This document shows, in pieces, positions 1-9,196 of a stretch of 64,000 nucleotides of DNA. Source of the DNA: Bacteroidaceae bacterium (GTDB lineage Bacteria; Bacteroidota; Bacteroidia; Bacteroidales; Bacteroidaceae); contig JAFWYQ010000086.1 in NCBI GenBank assembly GCA_017517605.1, forward strand, positions 13,114 through 77,113. The letters run 5' to 3'. The notes under the pieces are model-generated. The model saw nothing but the letters and a program-made list of their open reading frames with translations. It ran no database searches and was not told the DNA's origin. Position numbers and translations under genes: made by a program. Each line of letters starts with the position of its first letter. The first letter of the stretch is position 1.

Positions 1-480
1 GTATTCGCTGTTGTTCCTATCTTCAAAGTTGAATAAATTTTTCATGTTGATATAGTGCATCTGCATGTGGTACAATCCCAATTCTTTCAGTGCATTTACA
101 TCACCATTATTAGCAAGAATTTCTACGACTTCCCAATCTCTACCCTTCATTAGTTCTTTTTTTGCTAACCTGTATTCCAAAAACCAATTGGCGACCCTTT
201 CGCTAATGAACATCCATATGGCAAAAGATATGGCAATAGCAACATTTGGAAAAAAAATGTATAATTCCAAATAAGAATCGGTATTCCCCCCTTTCCGACC
301 CATAAATCCTACCATTAATGGTATACTATAATAGATAAGTGTGAATGTAAGCGGCCTAAACTCTCTCTTTGCCCACCAATCTATTCCAAATATCATATGT
401 ATTGCTTTGATTATAAATGGAATTGAAAGGATAACTTCCCACAATATGTAAAAGAGTAAGAAAAACAAATATTCATTCAT
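1..480 (-). CDS. Hypothetical membrane protein, truncated by the window edge (possible Sel1-like repeat after the TM region)
   Basis: Not in the ORF track. Manual translation from ATG at 480 is open to base 1: MNEYLFFLLFYILWEVILSIPF...ILANNGDVNALKELGLYH... It has about 3 hydrophobic segments, then an A-x-x-G-x-x-x-A-x-x-x-LG motif. Confidence 0.7.
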   Translation of the reverse strand, partial: MNEYLFFLLFYILWEVILSIPFIIKAIHMIFGIDWWAKREFRPLTFTLIYYSIPLMVGFMGRKGGNTDSYLELYIFFPNVAIAISFAIWMFISERVANWFLEYRLAKKELMKGRDWEVVEILANNGDVNALKELGLYHMQMHYINMKNLFNFEDRNNSEY

Positions 481-942
481 GTCAATTGTTGTAAAAGTTT
501 TATACCAATAATTTCCGTGTTACTCGTGTAATGTGTCCGGTTTATCTACATCGCTGATTGAAGATCTTTATTAGGGAACTTCTATGATGGGGACTCAGCT
601 GTGCATCATCTGTAATTCTGCTTTAACCGTTAATATTACAATTATCGTGGCAAATGTACTGGGAATCTTTTCTTTTTCATAATGGCTTATCTTTAAATTG
701 TTAATACGGATGTGCAAAGATAACGATAAAGCCTCAGAAACGCACCATTAGATCACATTTTTTTCTCTCGTTAGAAAAAAACTTTTTCTCCGTAAGGGAA
801 ATATTTAAAGTTGTTCAAACCATTTCTAAATACTTGTTGAAGATTTGTTTTTTTCCTGACTTCTATCCCTTCATGATTCGGCTCCTATTTGTTTCTCAAC
901 GTTGGCTCAGTTCGGCGAAAGACAAGCAACACCATTACTGCT

Positions 943-978
943 TTCGGTAAATCCGATGGCAATCATCGAAACATTCGT
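943..978 (+). promoter_or_regulatory. Putative LysR-type binding site (T-N11-A dyads)
   Basis: TCGG-taaat-CCGA (944-956) and CGATG-gcaat-CATCG dyads lie upstream of the TACCTTTG -7 element. A LysR gene is in the downstream operon. Confidence 0.45.
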
Positions 979-1011
979 AAACCAAAATTTCGGCACATCC
1001 ATATTTACCCA

Positions 1012-1019
1012 TACCTTTG
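1012..1019 (+). promoter_or_regulatory. Bacteroidetes housekeeping promoter -7 element
   Basis: TACCTTTG matches TAnnTTTG. Confidence 0.55.
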
Positions 1020-1143
1020 CAGCGGAATTTTAAACATACATAAGATGTAGGCAACAGGTCTGCAAAAAAACAAGGGAAAGATACGTCGTGACGATGAATC
1101 TTCCCCATTTTATAAGGTATATTAATTAAATAAGAAAGATAAC

Positions 1144-1314
1144 ATGAATATTTGGTACTTTTTGATGGGGATGGCAATGGTGGCTGCCCTGTTTCGTTTG
1201 GTAGAGAGGATGAATGAATTTGGTAAAGGATATGACCGGGTTCCGGATGTGGAAGAAGGAGGGGCTGTCCGTAGCAAAGTAAAGGATTTATGGATGAGCT
1301 TTCATGCTGTATGA
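1144..1314 (+). CDS. Small (56 aa) putative membrane protein
   Basis: Manual translation: MNIWYFLMGMAMVAALFRLVERMNEFGKGYDRVPDVEEGGAVRSKVKDLWMSFHAV*. A-rich initiation region, hydrophobic N-terminus, downstream of the promoter. Confidence 0.45.
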   Translation: MNIWYFLMGMAMVAALFRLVERMNEFGKGYDRVPDVEEGGAVRSKVKDLWMSFHAV

Positions 1315-1412
1315 CTGTTGGGTTGTATGTGATGAAATCTTTTCAAGAGATTGGTAATGCGCTGTATGATAACGCAATCATAATAATTATATAAAAACTA
1401 TTTCTTTTTTAA

Positions 1413-2918
1413 ATGTTCAAGTTATTCCAAGGATTCCACATGGTAGAGACCTACCATAAGGAGAAGAAAGAGAAGCGTCTGTCTAAGGACAATCAAGTGT
1501 CACGAATCATCCGTTTGCTGATTCCCGTCATTGTAGCCCTTTGTTTGTGGGCCATGCCGATTGAAACGTGGGGTATCGAAGGGCTGACTGTTGTGCAGCA
1601 CCGTGTCATAGCCATCTTTGTGTTTGCCACATTGATGTGGGTGTTCGAGGCTGTTCCTTCTTGGACCACTTCGATGGCTGTAGTCACCCTGCTTCTGCTC
1701 ACGGTGTCCGACAGTAGTTTATGGTTGTTCTCCGATGTGGAAGGATTAGGGAAAACTGTCAAATATACATCGTTGATGCACTGTTTTGCAGATCCCATCA
1801 TCATGCTTTTTATTGGTGGATTCATCTTGGCCATTGCGGCGACCAAGACGGGACTCGACACGATGCTGGCTCGTGTGTTGCTCAAACCTTTTGGGACCAA
1901 GTCGAAGAACGTCTTATTAGGTTTTTTGGTAGTGACTGCCGTATTCTCCATGTTCTTGAGCAATACTGCAACAGCAGCCATGATGCTTACTTTCCTGGCT
2001 CCAGTTCTTAAGGTACTTCCCGCTGACGGCAAGGGAAAAATTGCTCTTGCCATGGCCATTCCCGTTGCCGCTAATGTGGGTGGTATGGGTACTCCTATCG
2101 GAACTCCTCCGAATGCTATTGCCTTGAAATACTTGAATGACCCAGAGGGACTTAATTTAGGTATAGGCTTCGGTGAATGGATGGCATTCATGATTCCTTT
2201 TACATTGGTAATGCTCTTTTTGGCTTGGATACTGTTGCTCAAACTCTTTCCTTTCAAACAGAAGACTATCGAATTGAATATTGAAGGCGAAGCCAAGAAA
2301 GATTGGCGTTCCATCATAGTGTACATTACTTTTGCTGTCACTATTCTTCTATGGATGACGGATAAGGTAACGGGTGTCAATGCCAATGTGGTGGCTATGA
2401 TTCCTGTGGCAGTATTTTGTCTGATAGGAGTCATCACCAAGCGCGATTTGGAGGAAATCAACTGGAGTGTTCTGTGGATGGTGGCTGGCGGTTTTGCCTT
2501 AGGGGTAGCGTTGAATGAGTCAGGACTTGGCCAAAAGTTGGTAGCTTCCATTCCGTTTGACAATTGGTCGCCCATGGTGGTTATCGTCGGTTCGGGATTA
2601 ATTTGTTATGCGATGGCAAACTTCATTTCGCATACGGCTACGGCCGCTTTATTGGTGCCTATTTTAGGAACAGCAGGTATGGCCATGAGTGTTCAGCTAG
2701 CTCCTATGGGGGGAGTTAGCACCCTGTTGATAGGTGTTGCCATCGGTTCTTCTTTGGCTATGGTGTTACCTATCAGTACTCCTCCTAACGCGTTGGCACA
2801 CTCTACCGGATTCATCAAGCAAAAGGATATGGAAATTGTTGGTATTACCATCGGCATCATTGGTCTGGTACTTGGCTATACTATGCTTATCTTTTTGGGT
2901 ACAAGTGGATTGATTTGA
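1413..2918 (+). CDS. SLC13/DASS family sodium:dicarboxylate/sulfate symporter
   Basis: 501 aa polytopic protein with SNTAT and SHTAT motifs and GTPPNA/STPPNA hairpin motifs. Confidence 0.92.
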   Translation: MFKLFQGFHMVETYHKEKKEKRLSKDNQVSRIIRLLIPVIVALCLWAMPIETWGIEGLTVVQHRVIAIFVFATLMWVFEAVPSWTTSMAVVTLLLLTVSDSSLWLFSDVEGLGKTVKYTSLMHCFADPIIMLFIGGFILAIAATKTGLDTMLARVLLKPFGTKSKNVLLGFLVVTAVFSMFLSNTATAAMMLTFLAPVLKVLPADGKGKIALAMAIPVAANVGGMGTPIGTPPNAIALKYLNDPEGLNLGIGFGEWMAFMIPFTLVMLFLAWILLLKLFPFKQKTIELNIEGEAKKDWRSIIVYITFAVTILLWMTDKVTGVNANVVAMIPVAVFCLIGVITKRDLEEINWSVLWMVAGGFALGVALNESGLGQKLVASIPFDNWSPMVVIVGSGLICYAMANFISHTATAALLVPILGTAGMAMSVQLAPMGGVSTLLIGVAIGSSLAMVLPISTPPNALAHSTGFIKQKDMEIVGITIGIIGLVLGYTMLIFLGTSGLI

Positions 2919-2937
2919 TTGTTACTTTTTGGCAGAG

Positions 2938-3840
2938 ATGGAACTCAGACAATTGAAATATTTTGTAAAAGCAGCCGAGAAGCTCAATTTTTCGGAAGCG
3001 GCAAAAGCTCTGTTCATTACTCAAAGTACATTGTCGCAACAAATCAGGCAGCTCGAACAGGAGATGAATACTCAACTGTTCGAGCGCAACAGCCATGCTG
3101 TTTACCTGACCGAATCGGGCAAGGAACTGCTACCATTGGCTTTGCGCACTATTCACATGGCCAACACGTGCATGGAGCGCATTCATGATTTGCAGCATCT
3201 GTTGACTGGAGAACTGAACATCGGTGTGACATTCACTTTTAGCCCTATTTTCACTGAGACGTTGCTCCATTTCATGAAACTGTATCCGCAAGTGAAACTG
3301 AATGTCTATTATAAGCCTATGGCTGAATTGATGGAGATGCTGGAGCGTCATGAGGTGGATTTTGTGTTGGCTTTCAAACCTACCCGAAGTTATGACGGGA
3401 TAGAGTCGCATATCCTGTTCAATAATCATCTGTCTGCCATTGTGAATGAGTCTCATCCTTTGGCTGAGAAAGAACGGGTGACGTTGTCTGAGATAGCTGC
3501 TTACGATATTGCTTTGCCCGCCCGCGGCTTGCAGGCCCGCAATGCCTTCGAACGTATCCTGTCGCAGCATCCGACCAATCTGCGTGTGATGATTGAGTTG
3601 AACGAAGTTCATATCTTGTTGCAACTGATCAAGCAGAGCGGGCTGGTTACGGTTCTTTCCGAAGCCACCATATACAACAAGCAGGGCGTAAAGGCTGTTC
3701 CTATAGATGTACCTGATAATGAAATGGTGGGATGTGTACACATGTTGAAAGATGTCTATCGAAAACATTCGGCGCAAGAGTTCATCAAACTATTGAGCGA
3801 ATCGAATGCTATCAAAAAGTATATGCAGGCTTGGTTGTGA
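2938..3840 (+). CDS. LysR family transcriptional regulator
   Basis: N-terminal LysR HTH (MELRQLKYF...NFSEAAKALFITQSTLSQQIRQLE) plus substrate-binding domain. ATG 2938 preferred over TTG 2929. Confidence 0.95.
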   Translation: MELRQLKYFVKAAEKLNFSEAAKALFITQSTLSQQIRQLEQEMNTQLFERNSHAVYLTESGKELLPLALRTIHMANTCMERIHDLQHLLTGELNIGVTFTFSPIFTETLLHFMKLYPQVKLNVYYKPMAELMEMLERHEVDFVLAFKPTRSYDGIESHILFNNHLSAIVNESHPLAEKERVTLSEIAAYDIALPARGLQARNAFERILSQHPTNLRVMIELNEVHILLQLIKQSGLVTVLSEATIYNKQGVKAVPIDVPDNEMVGCVHMLKDVYRKHSAQEFIKLLSESNAIKKYMQAWL

Positions 3841-4173
3841 TTGGACCAGTTGGGTAAATAATGTCTATACACAAGGAGTGGGGGCAAAGTATGTGCCAGA
3901 GAAGAAATAAAAATGTATAAATAAAGGAAGGGGTGCATTACGTTTCGAGAAGGGGTAAAGAAACCAAGTCTGCTTTGCCGTCTTACAGAAAGTGACAAAG
4001 TCTTAGGAAAGGTAGGTTTTAGTTCTTCGCTCTTGAGCGAGGCGAACAGGGAGATGTCGGATTGATAAAGAAGTTAAGGCAAAAAAAACGATTCTTGTAA
4101 TGAGGGAAATGTGGAGAGGAATTCAACAGGCTTCTAAATACTTGTTAAAGATTCAGGTAAATGAGGGCTGGAT

Positions 4174-4205
4174 TTTGTTATATTAGGAAATAAAGGCTAA
4201 TTTTG
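4174..4205 (+). promoter_or_regulatory. Bacteroidetes promoter (-33 TTTG, -7 TAATTTTG)
   Basis: TTTG at 4174-4177, 20 nt spacer, TAATTTTG at 4198-4205. This implies the next ORF starts at GTG 4221/4230, not TTG 4203. Confidence 0.65.
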
Positions 4206-4229
4206 TGCCGAAATATTTCCGTGATAGGA

Positions 4230-4613
4230 GTGAAACATTGGCTTAGATATCTGATTCTATTCATTTTTGCGGTGCTCTACTATGATGGCACGGCTAAAGT
4301 TGATATGCCCATTGAAGATAGTGTGGAAGCAGATAGTGCTGCCAATGTGGTATCTTGTGATACGGGATTTGGGCTTCCTGAAGCAGAATGGTGCCTCCCG
4401 CCCCGCCATGTATCTTTTGCAAACAACCAGCGTTTACCAAATTCTCTCAAAAGAATAACCTCTACCCAACGGTATATTGGCGGATTCTATAAAACCGAGA
4501 AAGATTCAGATGTCGGTTCCCTTCAAATCATTCTTAACAACAATTTAATCTCTTATTCCTTTTTTATCAAGCCTGCTCATCGGTTGATCAGTCTTGGTAA
4601 ACTTATCATTTAG
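4230..4613 (+). CDS. Hypothetical exported small protein (possible regulatory leader ORF)
   Basis: Signal-peptide-like N-terminus MKHWLRYLILFIFAVLYY, polar linker, C-terminus KPAHRLISLGKLII. Confidence 0.6.
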   Translation: MKHWLRYLILFIFAVLYYDGTAKVDMPIEDSVEADSAANVVSCDTGFGLPEAEWCLPPRHVSFANNQRLPNSLKRITSTQRYIGGFYKTEKDSDVGSLQIILNNNLISYSFFIKPAHRLISLGKLII

Positions 4614-4702
4614 TGGATTTCTGTTTGTTAGTCCGGATAAATCCCAACTGGCTTGTCCGATTTGGGAAAACAGAAAATGATTCAATAATAACTAAATGAT
4701 AA
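4603..4702 (+). promoter_or_regulatory. Long RNA hairpin linking the leader ORF stop to the next initiation region
   Basis: Nested pairings: TTATCATTTAGT (4603-4614)/ACTAAATGATAA (4691-4702), TTTCTGTTT (4618-4626)/AAACAGAAA (4668-4676), TCCCAA/TTGGGA. Confidence 0.65.
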
Positions 4703-4711
4703 AACATAATA

Positions 4712-5158
4712 ATGGAAAAGAATTTCGTCAGAGTACGCTCTGTCAAAGACATTGCTGTATTCGTTTCACTCATTGTATTGGGGGGTATCCTTGTGGCCCT
4801 TCCTGTGGGTACAGGTATTAATATTGCAGGTGGTTCCCTTGTTGTCTTAGGACTTGTTCTTGCTTTGATTCTGAAATCTGGGTATAAAGATGCTGATACT
4901 GATGAAGGTTACTTCAAGAAGGAGCATTTCTTTCAGCAGGAGATGAAAAACCCTCTGTTATCTGTAATACCTACTATGCCTGAAGTGATTGAACTGTCCG
5001 AAGAGGACAAAGGCAATGCCGTAAGACTGGATGTTTACTATAATCAACAGACTGGAAAGGCATATATCCAATTGTTTGAGTTTGTTCCTTATGAATACAA
5101 GCCTTGCTCAGACATGTTGGAATATGAGTTGTATGAGGTAAAGAAGTTAATCAGATAA
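4712..5158 (+). CDS. Hypothetical membrane protein (2 TM + soluble C-terminal domain)
   Basis: 148 aa with two N-terminal hydrophobic helices and an AT-rich initiation region. Confidence 0.8.
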   Translation: MEKNFVRVRSVKDIAVFVSLIVLGGILVALPVGTGINIAGGSLVVLGLVLALILKSGYKDADTDEGYFKKEHFFQQEMKNPLLSVIPTMPEVIELSEEDKGNAVRLDVYYNQQTGKAYIQLFEFVPYEYKPCSDMLEYELYEVKKLIR

Positions 5159-5188
5159 TAAAGACTTTAGCTGCTAACATTTATTGTC

Positions 5189-6925
5189 ATGGGAATTTTT
5201 CAGATTTTCACGTTATTAGGTGCATTGGGTATGTTCCTTTATGGAATGAACCTGATGAGCTCGGGATTGCAGAAGGCGGCAGGTGAACGTCTTAGAGGCT
5301 TTTTGTCTGCAATGACTTCTAATCCCTTCAAAGGGGTATTGACTGGATTGGGCATTACGTCCGTAATCCAGTCGTCTTCAGCAACCACGGTGATGGTGGT
5401 AAGTTTCGTGAATGCAGGATTGTTGACTCTTGCCCAGGCTATTGGTGTCATCATGGGAGCAAACATCGGAACCACGGTGACGGCATGGCTTGTGGCTTGG
5501 CTTGGATTCAAGGCCGATATCTCTCTTTTGGCTGTCCCGTTTATGCTATTCGGCTTCCTCTTCTCCAACTCCAAAAAGAATCAGCGACAGAACATCGGTG
5601 AACTCATTGTGGGTTTCTGCCTTCTGTTTCTTGGTCTCTCCTTCATGAAGGAGTCTGTGCCGGACTTGAATGAGACACCTGAAGTGTTGGCTTTTGTCAA
5701 GGCTTGGTCGAGCTATGGATTTGGTTCAGTGCTGATATTCCTTGCCTTTGGTACAGTGCTCACCCTCGTGCTTCAGTCTTCATCCGCCACAATGGCCATC
5801 ACACTCATCATGCTCAGCATGGGATGGATACCGTTCAACATGGCATGTGCCATGGTGTTGGGCGAGAACATCGGTACCACCATCACCGCCAACATTGCGG
5901 CTTCCGTGGGTAACACGCAGGCCAAGCGTGCCGCCATGTCGCACACCATCTTCAATGTGTTCGGCGTCATTTGGGCTTTGATTCTGTTCAAGCCCTTCCT
6001 TGGATTGGTGGGTGTGGTCACTTCCACCTTGTTCGGCTTGCCCAATCCGGCTGCCGAAGGCTTTGCGGTAAGTGTGGCAAACTCGCCCGAAAGCACGGCG
6101 GCCCTGTATGGTCTCTCCATGTTGCATACGTTGTTCAACACCATCAATACCTTCATCCTCGTGTGGCTCATCAAGTACATCGAGAAGGCTGTGGTGTGGA
6201 TTATCAAGGCTCCGAAGAATCAAGAGGGCGAGGTGTTCCGTCTCAAGTACATCTCTGCCGGTCCGTTGGCAACGCCCGAGTTAGCCACCGAGCAGGCTTT
6301 CGACGAGATTATCCACTTTGCCCAAATCTCCCAAAAGGGACTTGAATATGCCCGTGAAGCCATTCGTGAGACTGATTCTGACAAGTTCGAGGAACTTCGC
6401 GGTAAGTTGGTGAAGTACGAAGAAATTTCTGACCGTATCGAATACGAAATCGCCTCCTTCCTGAATGCCGTGTCGGCAGGCGACATCAGCAAGGATACCT
6501 CCCTCAAGGTGAAGGCCATGTACAAGATTATCGGTGAGTTGGAATCGCTCGGTGACTCCGGCGAATCCATCAGCCGCATCCTCTCAAGAAGGAACATCCA
6601 CAATAAGTCCTTCGACGAGGAGACTGTCAAGAAACTGGACAGCATGGTCGACACCGTGGCGGATGCCTACGACGTGATGATTGCCAACCTGATGGCCGCC
6701 CACAAGGGACAACTCGTGGAAATCTCCAATGCCTACAATGCTGAGGAGCGCATCAACAACCTCCGTAGCGACCTTCGCGATTCTGAAATTGAAGCCATTG
6801 AGAACAACCGCAAGAATTATCAGACCAGTGTCTATTACATGGACATTGTGAATGCTTTCGAGCGGATGGGTGATTTCCTTATCAATATTTCGCAAGACCT
6901 TGAGCGGGCGTTTGCACTGAAGTAA
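5189..6925 (+). CDS. Na/Pi cotransporter family protein with PhoU-like C-terminus
   Basis: Duplicated QSSSAT and GANIGTT/GENIGTT motifs; helical C-terminal domain ending ERMGDFLINI. Confidence 0.93.
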   Translation: MGIFQIFTLLGALGMFLYGMNLMSSGLQKAAGERLRGFLSAMTSNPFKGVLTGLGITSVIQSSSATTVMVVSFVNAGLLTLAQAIGVIMGANIGTTVTAWLVAWLGFKADISLLAVPFMLFGFLFSNSKKNQRQNIGELIVGFCLLFLGLSFMKESVPDLNETPEVLAFVKAWSSYGFGSVLIFLAFGTVLTLVLQSSSATMAITLIMLSMGWIPFNMACAMVLGENIGTTITANIAASVGNTQAKRAAMSHTIFNVFGVIWALILFKPFLGLVGVVTSTLFGLPNPAAEGFAVSVANSPESTAALYGLSMLHTLFNTINTFILVWLIKYIEKAVVWIIKAPKNQEGEVFRLKYISAGPLATPELATEQAFDEIIHFAQISQKGLEYAREAIRETDSDKFEELRGKLVKYEEISDRIEYEIASFLNAVSAGDISKDTSLKVKAMYKIIGELESLGDSGESISRILSRRNIHNKSFDEETVKKLDSMVDTVADAYDVMIANLMAAHKGQLVEISNAYNAEERINNLRSDLRDSEIEAIENNRKNYQTSVYYMDIVNAFERMGDFLINISQDLERAFALK

Positions 6926-6940
6926 AACCTCATTTTAGGA

Positions 6941-7004
6941 ACGGATTGCACAGATTTCCTGGAAGATGTTTCTGCATACTTTCCGTGAAACCCGTGCAAT
7001 CCGT
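6941..7004. repeat. REP-like inverted repeat / possible terminator
   Basis: ACGGATTGCAC ... GTGCAATCCGT directly after the Na/Pi gene. Confidence 0.6.
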
Positions 7005-7207
7005 ATTATTGTTTTATTCATCTGTAGAGAAGAATGCTAATCTTCAAGGCATAGGAATAGCATTCTTACTTGCTTAGGAATGGTATTCTTATTCCTGAAA
7101 TATCACTATCGTTTTTGTGGCATAAAACCAATAAAGTTTGTTTTTTTTGTAGCATCTTTGTCTGTGAACAGGAAAAGTTATACTTTTGCACATAAAAGAT
7201 AAAAGCT

Positions 7208-9070
7208 ATGACATCTTCTTTGATAATCGAATGCCGCAATAGGATTGCGGCGACGGAGCAGTTACAAAAGCGGTTGCACTGGCGCATCCGATGGGTGGGG
7301 ACATTGCGCTTTGTCCTTTTCTTGACGGCATTGCTGAGCGTAGGATTCTATATTGCGGGGAATTACTATCCCGTGTTGTTGTATGTCAGTGCTGTTTGTG
7401 TAGTGCTGTTCCTGCTTTTGGTGAAGTATCATACGCGGTTGTTTACCCGTTATTCGCAGGGTGAAGTGGAGTTGGCCGTCCGTCGGGGGGACTTGTTTCA
7501 TCTGTCCGAGGATTATTCCCATCAGGAAGATGGTGGGGTGTTTGTGGATGCTTCGCACGATTATGCCTTTGATATCGACCTTTTCGGGCCGCATTCCCTT
7601 TATCAGATGATGAACCGCACGTGCAGTGATTTGGGTGCCCGTCGTTTGGCGGAACTATTGGGACGACATTTGATTGATGTAGAAAAGATTCACGAACGGC
7701 AACGCCTAATGCGAAGGATGGCAAAGGATGAAGAGTTCACCACCCGTTTCCGTATAGAAATGTTAGGGGCTGCCGCAGAGGACTTTGCCGCGAATGGTCG
7801 GAAGGGGAAGGAGTCGTTGCTCTCGTTGGGTGGGGTTTCCTGGCAAGAGTGGGCCGATTTACCGGATGCCTTTGCGGGGAAGTGGTATTACCGCGTGCTC
7901 ACTCCCGTAGCTTTCGGCCTCAATCTATTGGTTTGGGGAAGTGCCATCCTTGGATGGTTGCCTTATTCCCTGGCCACATTGGTGACAGTTTCGTTTGCCG
8001 TAGTTGCTTCTGTTTTTACGGTCCGCATTACTCGGAAACAACAGGAGTACGCCCGTCGGTTGCGCACTTTGTCGTTAGTGGCTCCTACGGTCAATTTAAT
8101 TGAAAAAGTTTCGTGGAAAGATGAGGCGGCTTGGAAGGAGGTATCGGATAAGCTGGATAGGGGAAGTGTGCAGGCCTCGTCTGCCATCCGCCAGTTGCGT
8201 TCATTGATGGATGCGCTTGACCGTCGGAACAATGTCCTATTGCTCTTCCTGCTGAACGGCCTTTTCTTTTGGGAGATTCACCAGATGATACGTCTCGAAC
8301 ATTGGAAGCGGACAAATGCGTCCTGTATCCTTGGGTGGATGGATGCGTTGGCATTGGCCGATGCGTATGTCTCTATGGCTTTGTTTGTCCGCTATCGTCC
8401 CACTTATACTTGGCCCGAAGTGAAGGAAGCTAACGGGGGATTCGTCTATAAAGCGACGGCATTGAGCCATCCGTTGATGAAGTGCGGCACTTGTGTGCCT
8501 AATCCTATAGAGATGGTCGGTTTGCCCTATTTTCTTGTCGTTACGGGTGCCAATATGGCAGGCAAGAGTACTTATCTGCGCACCGTATCGGTCAATTTCC
8601 TGTTGGCTTGTGTCGGGCTTCCCGTGTGTGGCGAAGGGGTGGTGCTGACCCCTGCACGCTTGCTCACCAGTTTGCGTACGGCTGATAGCCTTTCAGATGG
8701 TGAATCCTATTTCTTTGCCGAATTGAAGCGTTTGAAGCTCATTATTGAGTCGCTAAAGGATGGAGACCGTCTCTTTATTGTTCTTGATGAGATACTGCGC
8801 GGCACCAATTCGGTCGATAAACAGAAAGGTTCGCTTGCTCTGTTGAAACAACTCGTTCGCCTGCAAGCCAATGGTATCATTGCCACCCACGACCTCCTTT
8901 TGGGTACATTGGCCGAGCATCATCCTGCCCATGTATGCAACCTCTGCTTCGAGGCCGACATCCGTGGCGATGAACTCTCCTTCTCCTATCGCCTCCGTCC
9001 TGGCCTTGCCCAAAACATGAATGCCTGTTTCCTGATGCAACGGATGGGTATCGGGGAAGGGGAATGGTAG
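7208..9070 (+). CDS. MutS-related ATPase (domain V) with N-terminal membrane segments
   Basis: TGANMAGKST Walker A, SYFFAELKRL, LDEILRGTNS Walker B, ATHD. Hydrophobic helices in the N-half; no mismatch-binding domain I. -7 element TACTTTTG at 7181. Confidence 0.9.
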   Translation: MTSSLIIECRNRIAATEQLQKRLHWRIRWVGTLRFVLFLTALLSVGFYIAGNYYPVLLYVSAVCVVLFLLLVKYHTRLFTRYSQGEVELAVRRGDLFHLSEDYSHQEDGGVFVDASHDYAFDIDLFGPHSLYQMMNRTCSDLGARRLAELLGRHLIDVEKIHERQRLMRRMAKDEEFTTRFRIEMLGAAAEDFAANGRKGKESLLSLGGVSWQEWADLPDAFAGKWYYRVLTPVAFGLNLLVWGSAILGWLPYSLATLVTVSFAVVASVFTVRITRKQQEYARRLRTLSLVAPTVNLIEKVSWKDEAAWKEVSDKLDRGSVQASSAIRQLRSLMDALDRRNNVLLLFLLNGLFFWEIHQMIRLEHWKRTNASCILGWMDALALADAYVSMALFVRYRPTYTWPEVKEANGGFVYKATALSHPLMKCGTCVPNPIEMVGLPYFLVVTGANMAGKSTYLRTVSVNFLLACVGLPVCGEGVVLTPARLLTSLRTADSLSDGESYFFAELKRLKLIIESLKDGDRLFIVLDEILRGTNSVDKQKGSLALLKQLVRLQANGIIATHDLLLGTLAEHHPAHVCNLCFEADIRGDELSFSYRLRPGLAQNMNACFLMQRMGIGEGEW

Positions 9071-9130
9071 TTTTCTGAGGATGTTCGGTACTTTTCCTCT
9101 TATGATATGACCTTGTGGACAGATGAATGA

Positions 9131-9180
9131 AAGACCACCCCAAGCGTGTGCAGTAACACGTTTGGGGTGGCTCTTTTTTT
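9131..9180. terminator. Intrinsic terminator between convergent genes
   Basis: CCACCCCAAGCGTGT/ACACGTTTGGGGTGG stem followed by a T run. Confidence 0.8.
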
Positions 9181-9196
9181 GAAGGGAAAGGGAGTG

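Noticed and set aside
590-680. Signal-peptide-like remnant on the minus strand (MKKKRF.../STFATIIVILTVKA)
   Set aside because: It needs a frameshift and stops almost immediately; too short to support a pseudogene call.
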